Source: Clostridia bacterium (GTDB taxonomy: Bacteria; Bacillota; Clostridia; UMGS1883). Taken from it: a stretch of 64,000 nt of DNA. Both the position numbers and the translations under genes were made by a program. Position 1 is the stretch's first letter; every line of letters starts with the position of its first letter. Of the stretch, positions 10,069 to 20,816 are shown in pieces. The notes below the pieces were generated by a model, which saw only the letters and a program-made list of their open reading frames with translations, did not search any database and was not told where the DNA came from. The stretch spans positions 3,864 through 67,863 of the forward strand of contig JAZQCM010000042.1 of NCBI GenBank assembly GCA_045546275.1. Reading direction: 5' to 3'.

Positions 10069-10116
10069 AAACTGTGGTATTATATATTGGTGCAAAAGAG
10101 AAAGGAATGAACATAA

Positions 10117-11991
10117 ATGGCGAAAAAACAGTTTAAAACCGAGTCAAAAAGAATACTTGACTTGATGATTAATTCTATCTATACTCACAAGGAAATTTTC
10201 CTTCGTGAAATTATTTCAAATGCCAGCGATGCTATTGATAAGCTTGTGTTTGTATCACTTACCGAGGGCGCAGAGGGCTTTGACAGAAGCAATTACAAAA
10301 TAAGAATTGATATTGATAAGGAGCACAGAACAATTACCGTATCTGATAACGGTATTGGTATGAGCCGTGAAGAGCTTGAAGAAAACTTGGGCACAATTGC
10401 AAAAAGTGGCTCCTTGAACTTTAAAGAAAACATAACTGCCGAAGAAAAAACCGATAAGGAAATTGACATTATCGGTCAGTTTGGTGTTGGCTTTTACTCC
10501 GCTTTCATGGTTGCCGACAAGGTTACGGTTACAAGTAAAAAGTATAATAGTGATTCTTCCTTCACCTGGGAAAGTGAAGGCGTTGACGGCTACAGCATTA
10601 AAGAAAGCGTTAAGTACGACACAGGTACAACAATTGTTATGCACATTAAGGAAAACACCTCCGACGAAGTGTATGACGAATTCCTCCGTCCCTACAGGAT
10701 TAAGGGCATTGTTAAAAAATATTCCGACTATGTGCGCTACCCCATTGTTATGAACGAAGAAAAAACAGGGGACAACGGTGCAAAGTATGTGGAGGAAGAA
10801 ACTCTTAACAGCATGGTTCCTATCTGGCACAGAAGCCGTGGCGATGTAACCGACGAGGAATGCTTTAATTTCTACAAAGAAAATTTCTACGACATGGAAG
10901 ACCCCTTTAAGGTTATAAGAGTAAATGCCGAAGGCAACCTTAACTACAAAGCAATGCTTTTTGTTCCTTCAAAGGCGCCCATGAATTACTACACCAAGGA
11001 CTATAAAAAGGGTCTCAGCCTTTACACAAGCTCCGTTATGATTATGGAAAACTGCGAGGAGCTTTTGCCTGAGCATTTCAGGTTTGTAAAGGGTGTTGTG
11101 GACAGCGACAACCTTTCACTTAACATTTCCCGCGAAATTCTCCAGCACGACCGACAGCTTACACAAATTGCAACAAACCTTGAAAAGAAAATCAAGAGTG
11201 AGCTTAAAAAAATGCTCACGAACGAAAGGGAAAACTACGAAAAGTTCTTCCGTGAATTTGGGCTTCAGTTAAAATATGGTGTGGTTTCCGATTACGGTAT
11301 TCATAAGGAAATGCTTACAGACCTTCTTTTGTTCCATTCCTCCCTTACAAATTCTCTTGTAACACTTGAAGAATATGTGTCTTCCATGAGCGAGGAGCAA
11401 AAGTACATATACTATGCCCGTGGCGAAAACGTTACCAAAATTGACCTTCTTCCTCAGATTGAAACAATTAAGGATAAAAACTATGGCATACTTTACCTTA
11501 CCGATGATGTGGACGAATTTGTTGTAAACATTTTAGGCTCTTTTAAGGATAAGGAATTCAAGAACATCAACGACAAGGACCTTGGACTTGAAAGCGAAGA
11601 AGAAATTAAAGAAGCCGAAAAGAAGGAAGAGGAAAACAAGCTTCTTTTGGATTTTGTAAAGGAAAGCTTAGAGGGGCAGGTTGAATTTGTGCGTATTTCA
11701 CACAAGTTAAAGAGCCACCCTGTGTGCCTTACAAGCGAGGGCGAAATCACCCTTGAAATGGAAAAGTACTTCAAGAGCCTTCCCGGCGAAGAAGACAAAA
11801 TCAAGGCAAGACGAGTGTTGGAATTAAACGGTGAGCACAACGCCTTCCGTGCTCTTTCAAAGGCATTTGAAGAAGATAAGGAAAAAGCTAAAAAGCTCAG
11901 TAAAATCCTTTACACTCAGGCAGTTTTAATTGCCGATATGCCCATTGACAATGCTGTGGAATTTGCACAGTTAGTAAGTGAATTAATGTAA
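10117..11991 (+). CDS. htpG: Molecular chaperone HtpG (Hsp90).
   Basis: ILDLMINSIYTHKEIFLREIISNASDAIDKL...IGQFGVGFYSAFMVADKVTV (GHKL ATPase motifs). Confidence 0.95.
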   Translation: MAKKQFKTESKRILDLMINSIYTHKEIFLREIISNASDAIDKLVFVSLTEGAEGFDRSNYKIRIDIDKEHRTITVSDNGIGMSREELEENLGTIAKSGSLNFKENITAEEKTDKEIDIIGQFGVGFYSAFMVADKVTVTSKKYNSDSSFTWESEGVDGYSIKESVKYDTGTTIVMHIKENTSDEVYDEFLRPYRIKGIVKKYSDYVRYPIVMNEEKTGDNGAKYVEEETLNSMVPIWHRSRGDVTDEECFNFYKENFYDMEDPFKVIRVNAEGNLNYKAMLFVPSKAPMNYYTKDYKKGLSLYTSSVMIMENCEELLPEHFRFVKGVVDSDNLSLNISREILQHDRQLTQIATNLEKKIKSELKKMLTNERENYEKFFREFGLQLKYGVVSDYGIHKEMLTDLLLFHSSLTNSLVTLEEYVSSMSEEQKYIYYARGENVTKIDLLPQIETIKDKNYGILYLTDDVDEFVVNILGSFKDKEFKNINDKDLGLESEEEIKEAEKKEEENKLLLDFVKESLEGQVEFVRISHKLKSHPVCLTSEGEITLEMEKYFKSLPGEEDKIKARRVLELNGEHNAFRALSKAFEEDKEKAKKLSKILYTQAVLIADMPIDNAVEFAQLVSELM

Positions 11992-11992
11992 C

Positions 11993-12033
11993 AAAAAAAC
12001 TCAATTGCAATTTTTGCAATTGAGTTTTTTTGT
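11993..12033. terminator. Bidirectional terminator shared by htpG and malQ.
   Basis: aaaaaactcaattgcaatttttgcaattgagttttttt. Confidence 0.7.
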
Positions 12034-13541
12034 TATACTAAATTGTGATTTCGGTTGTAAATATTTACAAGACGCTTAAAGTAGTTAATATTGATTTTAT
12101 CCAGACTGTCCTGTGTAATGCGGAATGCCCAGTTGTTGTCGGCTTTTCCGGGGGTGTTCATTCTGGTGTCGGCACCAAAGCCGCACAAGTCCTGAATGGG
12201 AACAATTGCAATGGAAGCACTTGACTCAAAAAGTGTTCTGATAATTGCCTTAATGCAGGGCGCATCAAAACCGCCAATGCCCCAGTCGCCTTCAAAGCCG
12301 CAGTATGTACAAACTCTTTCACGTGTAGCGTTGTCCGCCTCCCAAAGGTAGCCTAAAATTGTATTGTTGTCGTGAGTGCCTGTGTAAGCCACGGTGGAGT
12401 GTGAATAATTGTAGGGCATGTGTGTGTTGTCGCCGTCGGAAAGGAATGCAAACTGCATTACGCCCATGCCGGGGAAGCCGGTTTCTTTAACAAGGTTTCT
12501 AACATCGTCATCAATGTCGCCCAAATCCTCCGCAATAATGGGGGAAGAGGGGTATTTTTCGTTAAGTGCATTGAAAAAGTCCATTCCCGGTCCTTTAATC
12601 CACTTGCCCTTTGTAGCCTTTTCCCCTGCAGGCACGGACCAATATGCACTGAATGCTCTGAAATGGTCAATTCTTACTGCATCGTAAAGGCTGAAGGAAT
12701 AGCCTGCACGCTTTATCCACCATTTGTAGCCGTCCTTTTTCATTTCGTCCCAATCATAAAGTGGGTTGCCCCATAATTGACCCTCCTGAGAAAAATAATC
12801 CGGAGGCACACCTGCACAGCTACGAAGTGCACAGGTTTTTGTATCCAAAGAGAAAAGAGTGGGGTTTGCCCAAACATCGGCAGAGTCGTGAGCAAGGTAA
12901 ATGGGCATATCACCAATAATTGAAACACCTAAAGCATTAACAGCTTTTTTAAGTGCTTTGTACTGCTTCTGAAATTCATACTGAAGGAAAAGGGCAAAGT
13001 AATAATCATCAAAAAGCTCTTCCTTTGCTTTTTTAACTGCCTTTTCATCTCTTCTTTTAATATCCTCGTCCCATTCCCACCAGGGCTTCAAATCGTAAGA
13101 ATCTTTAAGTGCTGTGAAAAGTGCATAGTCGTCAAGGTCGGGATTTTCCTTTAAAAAGCTGTCAAGAACAGCTGAATTATCCTTTTTAAAGCGGTCGAAA
13201 GCCTTTTTAAAAAGGGGAAGACGAGTTTGTTTTAAAAACTTGAAATCGCTGCTGTAAGGCTGAGATGCAACTGCGCTTTCAAGCTCCTCTTTGGTCAAAA
13301 GCTTTTCCTCAAAAAGAATTTCGGGGTCAATAAAGTAGGGGTTGCCTGCAAAAGCGCTGCAGCCTGCATAGGGTGAGTTATAGTCATCGGTAGGGCAAAG
13401 GGGAAGCATCTGCCATGCGTGAATATCCATGCTCTTTAAAAGCTCGGCAAACTTCACAGCCTCCTTACCAAAGGTGCCAATACCGTATTTTCCGGGTATT
13501 GAAGAAATGTGGCAAAGAACGCCACTTGTGCGGTTAAACAT
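12033..13541 (-). CDS. malQ: 4-alpha-glucanotransferase (amylomaltase, GH77).
   Basis: RTSGVLCHISSIPGKYGIGTFGKEA...WQMLPLCPT...SPYAGCSAFAGNPYFID. Confidence 0.9.
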   Translation of the reverse strand: MFNRTSGVLCHISSIPGKYGIGTFGKEAVKFAELLKSMDIHAWQMLPLCPTDDYNSPYAGCSAFAGNPYFIDPEILFEEKLLTKEELESAVASQPYSSDFKFLKQTRLPLFKKAFDRFKKDNSAVLDSFLKENPDLDDYALFTALKDSYDLKPWWEWDEDIKRRDEKAVKKAKEELFDDYYFALFLQYEFQKQYKALKKAVNALGVSIIGDMPIYLAHDSADVWANPTLFSLDTKTCALRSCAGVPPDYFSQEGQLWGNPLYDWDEMKKDGYKWWIKRAGYSFSLYDAVRIDHFRAFSAYWSVPAGEKATKGKWIKGPGMDFFNALNEKYPSSPIIAEDLGDIDDDVRNLVKETGFPGMGVMQFAFLSDGDNTHMPYNYSHSTVAYTGTHDNNTILGYLWEADNATRERVCTYCGFEGDWGIGGFDAPCIKAIIRTLFESSASIAIVPIQDLCGFGADTRMNTPGKADNNWAFRITQDSLDKININYFKRLVNIYNRNHNLV

Positions 13542-13555
13542 TTTTCATTTTCCTC

Positions 13556-14296
13556 CTAAAAACCAAATACTGTTCTTATTATGTAATAAACAAATGGAAT
13601 AAATATTGCAGGAAGCATGTTGCCAACCTTGAACTTTGGCTTGTAAACAAAGTTAAGACCAATTGCCATAATAAGAAGATTGCCTATAAATGACATCTGG
13701 CAAACAACTGTGTTTGTAAGGAAAGGTGCAACAATTGCCGCAAGAAGGGTGATTGAGCCCTGGTAAACAAAAAGTGAAAGGGCGCTTAACATTGTGCCGA
13801 TACCTAAGGTTGATGCAAAGACCATTGCCATAATACCGTCCAAGATGCTTTTTGCATAAAGAATGTTGGGGTCGTGGCTGATGCCGTCGTTAAGTGAGCC
13901 TACAACCGCCATGCTGCCAACGCAAAAGAGTAGTGATGCGGAAACAAAGCCCTGTGCAAAGGTTGAGTCGGAAGAGTTTTTTGCGAACTTTTCCTGAAAG
14001 AAAATTCCTAAATCGTCAAGGCGCTTTTCAATGTTTATGAGTGTGCCCAAAAGTGTGCCTATAGCCATTGACAAAATCATCATAAGAGTAAATTCCGAAG
14101 AAAGGGTGTTGCCGGATACAAAAATGCTGTTTGTAACAACGCCCGAAATGCCGATTGAAAAAACAGCCAGCCCTAAAGCAGACATAATGCCCTCACGAAG
14201 GTTATCGTTAATGAGCTTTTTAAAGAAAATGCCCAAAAGTGAACCCACAACAACTGTTAAAATGTTCACTATTGTGCCAATGCCTGTTATGTACAT
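13556..14296 (-). CDS. DUF554-family membrane protein.
   Basis: Polytopic membrane protein. The start was chosen at the second Met (MYITGIGTIV), which is preceded by RBS gaaggtg. The first Met of the listed ORF has no RBS. Confidence 0.6.
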   Translation of the reverse strand: MYITGIGTIVNILTVVVGSLLGIFFKKLINDNLREGIMSALGLAVFSIGISGVVTNSIFVSGNTLSSEFTLMMILSMAIGTLLGTLINIEKRLDDLGIFFQEKFAKNSSDSTFAQGFVSASLLFCVGSMAVVGSLNDGISHDPNILYAKSILDGIMAMVFASTLGIGTMLSALSLFVYQGSITLLAAIVAPFLTNTVVCQMSFIGNLLIMAIGLNFVYKPKFKVGNMLPAIFIPFVYYIIRTVFGF

Positions 14297-14374
14297 GTTT
14301 TCACCTTCTAAAATAATATGCATTTATTTTATCACAAAATGTTGAATTTTCAAGTTGTTTTTACAGTTTTACAA

Positions 14375-14403
14375 AAAACTTGAAAATATAATACCATAGT
14401 GCT
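14375..14403 (+). promoter_or_regulatory. Sigma-A-like promoter for the aroB-aroA-aroC-pheA operon.
   Basis: TTGAAA-17 nt-TGcTATAAT (acttgaaaatataataccatagtgctataat). Confidence 0.5.
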
Positions 14404-14445
14404 ATAATACTTCTAATATACATTTATACAGAAAAGAGTGGGAGC

Positions 14446-15489
14446 ATGTTGCACTTAGAAGTTAAAATACCTAAAAGAGAATATAAAATTCATATTGGAA
14501 AATCCCTTTTAAACGAGGCAAAGGATTTGTTTGCGCCCTTTGTAACAGGCAAAAAGGTGTGTGTTGTTTCCGACAGTAATGTTTTCCCTCTTTATGGCGA
14601 AAAAACCGTTGATATGATTAAAAATGCAGGCGGCGATGTGTTCAGCCTGGTTGTTGAAGCAGGGGAAGAAGCTAAAAGCTTTAAAAACCTTGAATATTTG
14701 TGCCGTGAAATAATTAAAAGAGATTTTACCCGTAGTGATGTTATTGTTGCATTGGGTGGCGGTGTTGTTGGTGATTTAACTGCCTTTTGTGCATCTGTTG
14801 TGCTCCGTGGCGTTAAGCTTATCCAAATCCCCACAACCCTTTTGTCACAGGTTGATTCCTCCGTTGGCGGAAAAACTGCGGTGAACATTCCCGAGGGTAA
14901 AAACTTAGTGGGCACATTTTACCAGCCCAGCATGGTAATTATTGATACCGACACATTAAAAACACTTCCCGAAAGAGAAATAAGCTGTGGTATGGCTGAA
15001 ATTATAAAATACGGTGCAATCCGTGACGAAAGCCTTGCTGAAAAGCTTTCTTCAGGCAATTTTGAAATTGAAGAGGTTATACATACCTGTTGTGCAATCA
15101 AAGCACAAATTGTTGAAAATGATGAACTTGACAAGGGCGAACGAATGCTGCTTAATTTCGGCCACACATTAGGTCATGCAGTTGAAAATTACATGGGCTA
15201 TGGTGTATTGTCCCATGGTGCTGCAGTTGCAATAGGCATGTGTGTTATAACAAAGTGGAGCGAAGAAAAAGGCATTACAAAAAAGGGCACCTATGAAAAA
15301 ATAAAGGCACTTTGTGAAAAGTACAATTTGCCCACACACATTGACAACATGGACAAAATGACTCATGCTGCAATGCACGACAAAAAGCGAAGCGGCAGTA
15401 AAATAAATTTAGTGCTTGTAAAAAGCATGGGCGAAAGCTACACCGAAAAGGTGGAGGTTTCCATTCTTGATGAAATTGTAAAGGGATGA
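14446..15489 (+). CDS. aroB: 3-dehydroquinate synthase.
   Basis: GGGVVGDLTAFCASVVLRGVKLIQIPTTLLSQVDSSVGGKTAVN; NFGHTLGHAVE. Confidence 0.92.
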   Translation: MLHLEVKIPKREYKIHIGKSLLNEAKDLFAPFVTGKKVCVVSDSNVFPLYGEKTVDMIKNAGGDVFSLVVEAGEEAKSFKNLEYLCREIIKRDFTRSDVIVALGGGVVGDLTAFCASVVLRGVKLIQIPTTLLSQVDSSVGGKTAVNIPEGKNLVGTFYQPSMVIIDTDTLKTLPEREISCGMAEIIKYGAIRDESLAEKLSSGNFEIEEVIHTCCAIKAQIVENDELDKGERMLLNFGHTLGHAVENYMGYGVLSHGAAVAIGMCVITKWSEEKGITKKGTYEKIKALCEKYNLPTHIDNMDKMTHAAMHDKKRSGSKINLVLVKSMGESYTEKVEVSILDEIVKG

Positions 15490-15494
15490 TTTGA

Positions 15495-16682
15495 GTGGAC
15501 ATTAAAATAACACCGAATAAGCTTTGTGGCTTAATGGAAATACCTCCGTCAAAAAGCTACAGTCACCGTGGACTTATATGTGCATTTTTAGGTGGCGGCA
15601 AAGCCTATGGTGTAGGTGAAAACGAAGACACTAAGGCAACTGTGAGCTGTTTAAATTCAATAAAAGAAAAAAAGCCTCTTTTTGCAAATGAGTCAGGGTC
15701 AACACTACGCTTTATGATTCCCCTTGCTCTTGCAATAAACTCCTTTGTTGAAATATCGGGAAGTACAAGGCTTATGGAAAGACCTCTCGATGACTATTTT
15801 AAAATATTTGAAAAAATGGGCATTGAGTATTCCCTTCAAGGCACAACCCTTAAAGCAAAAGGGCAGTTAAAGGGCGGAACATATTCTCTCCGTGGGGACG
15901 TTTCCAGCCAGTTTATAACAGGTCTTTTGCTTGCGCTTCCTCTTTTGAAGGAGGACAGCGAAATTGTGATTACAACACGCCTTGAAAGCAAAGCCTATGT
16001 TGACATGACAATTGACGTTCAGCGAAAATTCGGTATTGAAATTGAAGAAACCGAAAAAGGCTACAAAATTAAAGGCAATCAGGCGTATAAAAAGAGCGAT
16101 TACGTAGTTGAGGGTGATTTTTCACAGGCGGCGTTTTTCCTTGCTATGGGAAATGTTACACTTTCAGGTCTTAATGAAGACTCTCTCCAGGGCGATAGGG
16201 AAATTGTAAACGTGTATAAAAATATGGGCATGGAAATTTCCTTTTCTGACGGTGTGTACAAAACGAACGGCAAGACAAGAAAAAACATTGAAGTGGATGT
16301 TTCGCAAATTCCCGACTGTGTGCCTGTTTTAGCATGCGTTATGGCAGTAACCGAGGGTGAAGGCAAAATTACAAACGCCTCAAGGCTCAGGATAAAGGAA
16401 AGCGACAGGTTAAAAGCAATAACCGATGTGCTTACCATTTTAGGGGCCGATATTACCGAGGGCGAGGATTATCTGGTGATAAAAGGCAAAAAAAATCTCA
16501 CAGGTGGTGTGTGCCCATCCTACAACGACCACAGAATTGCCATGGCACTTGCAACAGTTTCGCCCTATTGCACAGGCGAGGTTGTTATTAAAGGTGCGGA
16601 ATGTGTGAAAAAGAGCATGCCCGATTTCTGGGAAAGATTTAATAGATTGGGAGGAATTACAAATGAGCTCAATTTGGGGTAA
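15495..16682 (+). CDS. aroA: 3-phosphoshikimate 1-carboxyvinyltransferase (EPSP synthase).
   Basis: GTG start. Motifs GSTLRFMIPLA, ESKAYVDMTIDV and YNDHRIAMALATVS. It lies between aroB and aroC. Confidence 0.85.
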   Translation: MDIKITPNKLCGLMEIPPSKSYSHRGLICAFLGGGKAYGVGENEDTKATVSCLNSIKEKKPLFANESGSTLRFMIPLALAINSFVEISGSTRLMERPLDDYFKIFEKMGIEYSLQGTTLKAKGQLKGGTYSLRGDVSSQFITGLLLALPLLKEDSEIVITTRLESKAYVDMTIDVQRKFGIEIEETEKGYKIKGNQAYKKSDYVVEGDFSQAAFFLAMGNVTLSGLNEDSLQGDREIVNVYKNMGMEISFSDGVYKTNGKTRKNIEVDVSQIPDCVPVLACVMAVTEGEGKITNASRLRIKESDRLKAITDVLTILGADITEGEDYLVIKGKKNLTGGVCPSYNDHRIAMALATVSPYCTGEVVIKGAECVKKSMPDFWERFNRLGGITNELNLG

Positions 16683-17751
16683 CAGCATAAAGCTTTCGGT
16701 TTTCGGCGAAAGTCACTCAAGGGCAATCGGCGGTGTTATTGACAATTTGCCAAGCGGTATTGAAATTGACATGGAGGAAATTGCCTTTGAATTAAAAAGG
16801 CGTATGACAGGCTCCTCGGCACTTGCAACTGCAAGAAAAGAGCCCGACATTCCCGAAATTTTGTCAGGTGTTGTAAACGGAAAAACAACAGGAACACCTC
16901 TTGCGTTTGTAATTTACAACTCCGACCAGCATTCTAATGACTACGACAACTTAAAAACAACAGCACGTCCCTCTCATGCGGACTACACAGGCTTTTTACG
17001 CTATAATGGCTTTAACGACCACCGTGGAGGCGGTCACTTTTCGGGAAGATTAACAGCACCCATTGTTTTTGCAGGTGCTGTGGCAAAGTGTGCATTAAAG
17101 CAAAAGGGTATTTACACCGTTTCAAGAATAAAGAGTATTATGGATATTGAAGATGCTCCCATGGATTTGAATTTAATGACCATGGAGAAGGCAGACGAAA
17201 TGAAAAACCTTATCATCCCCACCATTGACAAAAATGCGGCAAAAAAAATGGAGGAGAGGGTTTTAAGCTTAAAGGCAGAGCTTGACAGCGCAGGCGGTGT
17301 GATTGAATGTGCAATCATGAACATGGGAAAAGGCATAGGCAATCCCATATTCGATGCCTTTGAATCCAGATTGGCTTCCCTTATTTTTTCAGTGCCTGCA
17401 GTTAAAGGACTGGAGTTTGGCGAAGGCTTCAATGTTACAAAATTAACCGGCAGTCAGGCAAACGATTCCCTCTACACTGACGGCGAAAATATTTACACAA
17501 AAACAAACCACGACGGCGGTATTAACGGCGGTATTACAAACGGCATGCCAATTGTTTTCCGCACAGCAATAAAGCCCACAGCGTCCATATCCCGTGAGCA
17601 GGACAGCGTTAATTTTGTGGAAAAAACAAACGAAAAGCTTGTTATTAAAGGCAGACACGATGCCTGCATATGCGTGAGAGCCGTAAGCGTGATTGACGCT
17701 TGTGCCGCACTTTGCGCATTTGACTACCTTGTTGAAGCTAAAAAATTTTAA
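16663..17751 (+). CDS. aroC: Chorismate synthase.
   Basis: FGESHSRAIGGVIDNLPSGIEI; ...RHDACICVRAV. Confidence 0.92.
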   Translation: MSSIWGNSIKLSVFGESHSRAIGGVIDNLPSGIEIDMEEIAFELKRRMTGSSALATARKEPDIPEILSGVVNGKTTGTPLAFVIYNSDQHSNDYDNLKTTARPSHADYTGFLRYNGFNDHRGGGHFSGRLTAPIVFAGAVAKCALKQKGIYTVSRIKSIMDIEDAPMDLNLMTMEKADEMKNLIIPTIDKNAAKKMEERVLSLKAELDSAGGVIECAIMNMGKGIGNPIFDAFESRLASLIFSVPAVKGLEFGEGFNVTKLTGSQANDSLYTDGENIYTKTNHDGGINGGITNGMPIVFRTAIKPTASISREQDSVNFVEKTNEKLVIKGRHDACICVRAVSVIDACAALCAFDYLVEAKKF

Positions 17752-17763
17752 AGGTGATAAAAA

Positions 17764-18861
17764 ATGGAAAATCTTGAATATTACAGAGCACAAATAGACA
17801 AAATAGATACACAGCTTATTTCTTTGATGGAGCAAAGAATGGAGGTTGCAAAAAACATTGGTCAGGTAAAGCTTAAAAACGGCTTGCAGGTGCTGGACGA
17901 AAAAAGAGAAAAGCAGGTGCTTTTAAGCCGAATGGAAAAGGTTACCGTGCCTGAATACGAGCAGGTTATTGAGCAGTTTTTTGTTAAGGTAATGGAGCTT
18001 TCACGCTCTGTTCAGCAAAAGCTTATCGATTCTCACGAAATGAAAAAAACTCTCACCGGAAAAGCCGCATTTCAAGGGGTTGACGGTGGTTATGGCTCAA
18101 TTGCCGCATCAAAGGTTTTCGGAGAAAATATTTACAACGTAAAAACCTTTGAAAACGTGTTTGAAGAGGTTGAAAACGGCAATGCCGATTACGGTGTACT
18201 TCCTTTGGAAAACTCTACCACAGGCAGTATAACCGACGTTGTGGACCTTCTCACAAAGTACGATGTGTTCATAGTTGGTGAAACCTCAATAAAGGTTGAA
18301 CACAGCCTCCTTGCAAAAAAGGGAGCCGTACTTTCCGACATACAAGAGGTTTATTCTCATGAGCAGGGCTTTTTCCAGTGCAAGGAATACTTAAAGGATA
18401 AGGATTGGACCCTTACAAGTGTGGTTAATACTGCAGTTGGTGCAAAAGCTGTTTCCGAAAGTGATGACATACATAAAGCGGCAATTGCATCAAAAAGAGC
18501 TGCAAAGCTCTACAACCTTGACATTTTACAGGAAGCAATAAATTCCGGCAAGGAAAATTCCACAAGGTTTATGATTATTGCAAAAAATCCTGTGGTTGGT
18601 GAAGGGTGTACAAAGGCGGCTGTGGCGTTCATGGTACCTCACGTGTCGGGCTCTCTTGTTTCAGCTCTTCAGATTTTTGCAGAAAGTAATGTTAATCTGG
18701 TAAAACTTGAATCACGACCTGTTATTGACCGCATTGGTGAATACTTGTTTTTTGCCGAAATTGAAGGAAATATTAACGATGACAATATGAAAAACGCCTT
18801 AAATAAGTTGAAAAAGTATGCTACAGGTTATAAATATTTAGGAAGTTTCAAAAAAATATAA
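17764..18861 (+). CDS. pheA: Bifunctional chorismate mutase / prephenate dehydratase.
   Basis: The N-terminal chorismate mutase helix is YRAQIDKIDTQLISLMEQRMEVAKNIGQVK. The prephenate dehydratase domain is AFQGVDGGYGSIAA...VLPLENSTTGS...TRFMII. A C-terminal ACT-like region follows. Confidence 0.9.
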   Translation: MENLEYYRAQIDKIDTQLISLMEQRMEVAKNIGQVKLKNGLQVLDEKREKQVLLSRMEKVTVPEYEQVIEQFFVKVMELSRSVQQKLIDSHEMKKTLTGKAAFQGVDGGYGSIAASKVFGENIYNVKTFENVFEEVENGNADYGVLPLENSTTGSITDVVDLLTKYDVFIVGETSIKVEHSLLAKKGAVLSDIQEVYSHEQGFFQCKEYLKDKDWTLTSVVNTAVGAKAVSESDDIHKAAIASKRAAKLYNLDILQEAINSGKENSTRFMIIAKNPVVGEGCTKAAVAFMVPHVSGSLVSALQIFAESNVNLVKLESRPVIDRIGEYLFFAEIEGNINDDNMKNALNKLKKYATGYKYLGSFKKI

Positions 18862-18939
18862 ATTGTCGCAAAAAAACCTTGCTTTTTAATATATAATATG
18901 CTATGATTATAAATTTAAAATTTGTATTTGACAAAATTT

Positions 18940-18968
18940 TAAAAAAGTGGTACAATTATAGTGTTCAA
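18940..18968 (+). promoter_or_regulatory. Sigma-A promoter for the CarD-like gene.
   Basis: TTGACA-17 nt-TGgTACAAT (tttgacaaaattttaaaaaagtggtacaat). Confidence 0.5.
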
Positions 18969-18995
18969 TAATGCGGTAGGAGGGTGTGAATTTTT

Positions 18996-19499
18996 ATGTA
19001 CAGCGTAGGCGACAGTATCGTTTATCCCTTGCATGGTGCAGGTGTAATTGAGGCTATTGAAGAGCGCGAATTCGACGGAATCGTGCACTGTTACTACGCC
19101 ATGAGAATTCCCCTTGGTGACATGAAGGTTCTTATCCCTGTTGAAGGCATTGAAAAAATCGGTGTGAGAGATATTATCAGCCCTGAGGATGCCGACAAGG
19201 TTATTGAGGATTTTAAAACAGCCGAAAGCGACATGAACCGCAACTGGAACAAGCGTTTCCGTGAAAACATGGTTAAAATTAAAAGCGGTAACATCCGCGA
19301 GGTTTCCTTGGTTGTAAAAAGTCTCATGCTTCGCGATAAAGAAAAAGGTCTTTCCACACAGGAAAGAAAAATGCTTGCAAATGCAAAGCAAATATTGATA
19401 AGTGAAATTGTTATATCCAAAAACGTAACATATGAGGAAGTTGAAAAAGAACTTTCTGATATTGTTAAAGCCGAAATGCAGAAAACGCAGGAAGAATGA
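18996..19499 (+). CDS. CarD/CdnL-family transcription regulator, an RNA polymerase-binding CarD_TRCF domain protein.
   Basis: FSVGDSIVYPLHGAGVIEAIEEREFDG...YYAMRIP...MKVLIPVEGIEKIGVRDIISPEDADKV. Confidence 0.85.
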   Translation: MYSVGDSIVYPLHGAGVIEAIEEREFDGIVHCYYAMRIPLGDMKVLIPVEGIEKIGVRDIISPEDADKVIEDFKTAESDMNRNWNKRFRENMVKIKSGNIREVSLVVKSLMLRDKEKGLSTQERKMLANAKQILISEIVISKNVTYEEVEKELSDIVKAEMQKTQEE

Positions 19500-19537
19500 A
19501 TAATCTCTGACGGCTTTCGTGAAAGATGATGTTTGGT

Positions 19538-19568
19538 GCGACCGTCTTGTACGGTCGCATTTTTATTA
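19538..19568 (+). terminator. Rho-independent terminator after the CarD-like gene.
   Basis: gcgaccgtcttgtacggtcgcatttttatt. Confidence 0.7.
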
Positions 19569-19587
19569 TAAAGAAAGGTGTGGTAAT

Positions 19588-20286
19588 ATGCTTAACAATA
19601 AAATGTTTACTGTAATTATTTTGTCTGCCGGCAAATCAACCCGAATGGGCTACAATAAAATGCTCATTAAAATCGGCAACAAAACCGTTTTTGAAAGAAC
19701 GGTTGAAGCCTTTGAAAATTGTGATGTAATTGATGAAATTGTAATTGTTGCCCCCTCTGACAGTGTGCAGGACTATCTTAATCTTATTAAAGAAAATAAA
19801 TACAGCAAGGTTATGCGCGTTGTTGAAGGCGGCAAAACAAGGCAGGAAAGCGTTAAAAACGGTCTTGGCTGTGTGTCGGAGGAATGCGACTACATAGCAG
19901 TGCATGACGGCGCAAGACCACTTATTGAAAACGAGTCCATAGTAAGTGTGTGTAGTTCTGCAATTGAGTGTGGTGGCGCAGTTGTTGGGGTAAAGAGTGT
20001 TGACACATTAAAGGGTGTGGACGAAAACGGAATGATTGTTTCCACAATTGACCGCGAAACAACTGTGCAGGTAAGAACACCTCAGGTTTTTAAAAAGGAC
20101 ATTTTGCTCTCAGCTCACAAAAAAGCTTTGGAAGATAATTTTGAAGGCACGGACGAATGTATGCTTGTTGAAAGATTGGGTTACCCAATCAAAACCGTTA
20201 TTACAGGAAAAAACAACATAAAGCTTACCCATCCTGAGGATGTGCTTTATATGACAGGCGTTTTAAGAGAGAAGGGATTATTATGA
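19588..20286 (+). CDS. ispD: 2-C-methyl-D-erythritol 4-phosphate cytidylyltransferase.
   Basis: [15 protein letters not shown]...KMLIKIG. The start was chosen at MLNNKMF, with RBS aaaggtg 7 nt upstream. The N-terminal extension of the listed ORF runs through the terminator hairpin. Confidence 0.9.
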   Translation: MLNNKMFTVIILSAGKSTRMGYNKMLIKIGNKTVFERTVEAFENCDVIDEIVIVAPSDSVQDYLNLIKENKYSKVMRVVEGGKTRQESVKNGLGCVSEECDYIAVHDGARPLIENESIVSVCSSAIECGGAVVGVKSVDTLKGVDENGMIVSTIDRETTVQVRTPQVFKKDILLSAHKKALEDNFEGTDECMLVERLGYPIKTVITGKNNIKLTHPEDVLYMTGVLREKGLL

Positions 20287-20756
20287 TGCGAGTTGGTATA
20301 GGCTGTGACACTCACAGGCTGGTTGAAGGGCGAAAGCTTATTTTAGGCGGTGTTGAAATTGAGCACGACAAGGGCTTACTTGGTCATTCCGATGCGGATG
20401 CACTTATTCATGCGGTAATTGATGCTCTTTTGGGGGCTGCAGGCGAGGGCGATATAGGAACACTTTTTCCCGATACCGACATGAAATACAAGGATATTTC
20501 CTCAATGGTACTTTTAGAGGAAGCGGGAAGGCGTGTTTCCCAAAAAGGCTTTACCATTGAAAATATTGACACAATAATAATTGCCCAAAAGCCTAAAATG
20601 GCACCCTATAAGGAAAAAATGGCACAAACCATGGCAAGTGCTCTTAACATTGACAGCGACAGAATTAATGTGAAAGCAAAAACCAACGAAAAAATGGGAT
20701 TTACTGGCAGAGAAGAAGGTATTGAAACAAGAGCCGTGGCACTTCTGACAAAATAA
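20283..20756 (+). CDS. ispF: 2-C-methyl-D-erythritol 2,4-cyclodiphosphate synthase.
   Basis: [12 protein letters not shown]...[20 protein letters not shown]. The start overlaps the ispD stop (ATGA). Confidence 0.95.
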   Translation: MMRVGIGCDTHRLVEGRKLILGGVEIEHDKGLLGHSDADALIHAVIDALLGAAGEGDIGTLFPDTDMKYKDISSMVLLEEAGRRVSQKGFTIENIDTIIIAQKPKMAPYKEKMAQTMASALNIDSDRINVKAKTNEKMGFTGREEGIETRAVALLTK

Positions 20757-20816
20757 GGCTTAACAAAATGTTCATTTTTGCTTGGCAAAATTAATACATT
20801 AAATTGATATTCTTAA

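Noticed and set aside
10255-10830. A 191-aa antisense ORF inside htpG.
   Set aside because: It lies fully within a well-supported conserved gene on the opposite strand and has an unconvincing amino-acid composition.
12418-12928. Several 60-120-aa ORFs on both strands inside malQ.
   Set aside because: They overlap a strongly supported GH77 gene and have no start signals.
19519-19587. Upstream extension of the ispD ORF (MKDDVWCDRLVRS...).
   Set aside because: The extension is translated from the terminator hairpin of the preceding gene. A proper RBS precedes ATG 19588.
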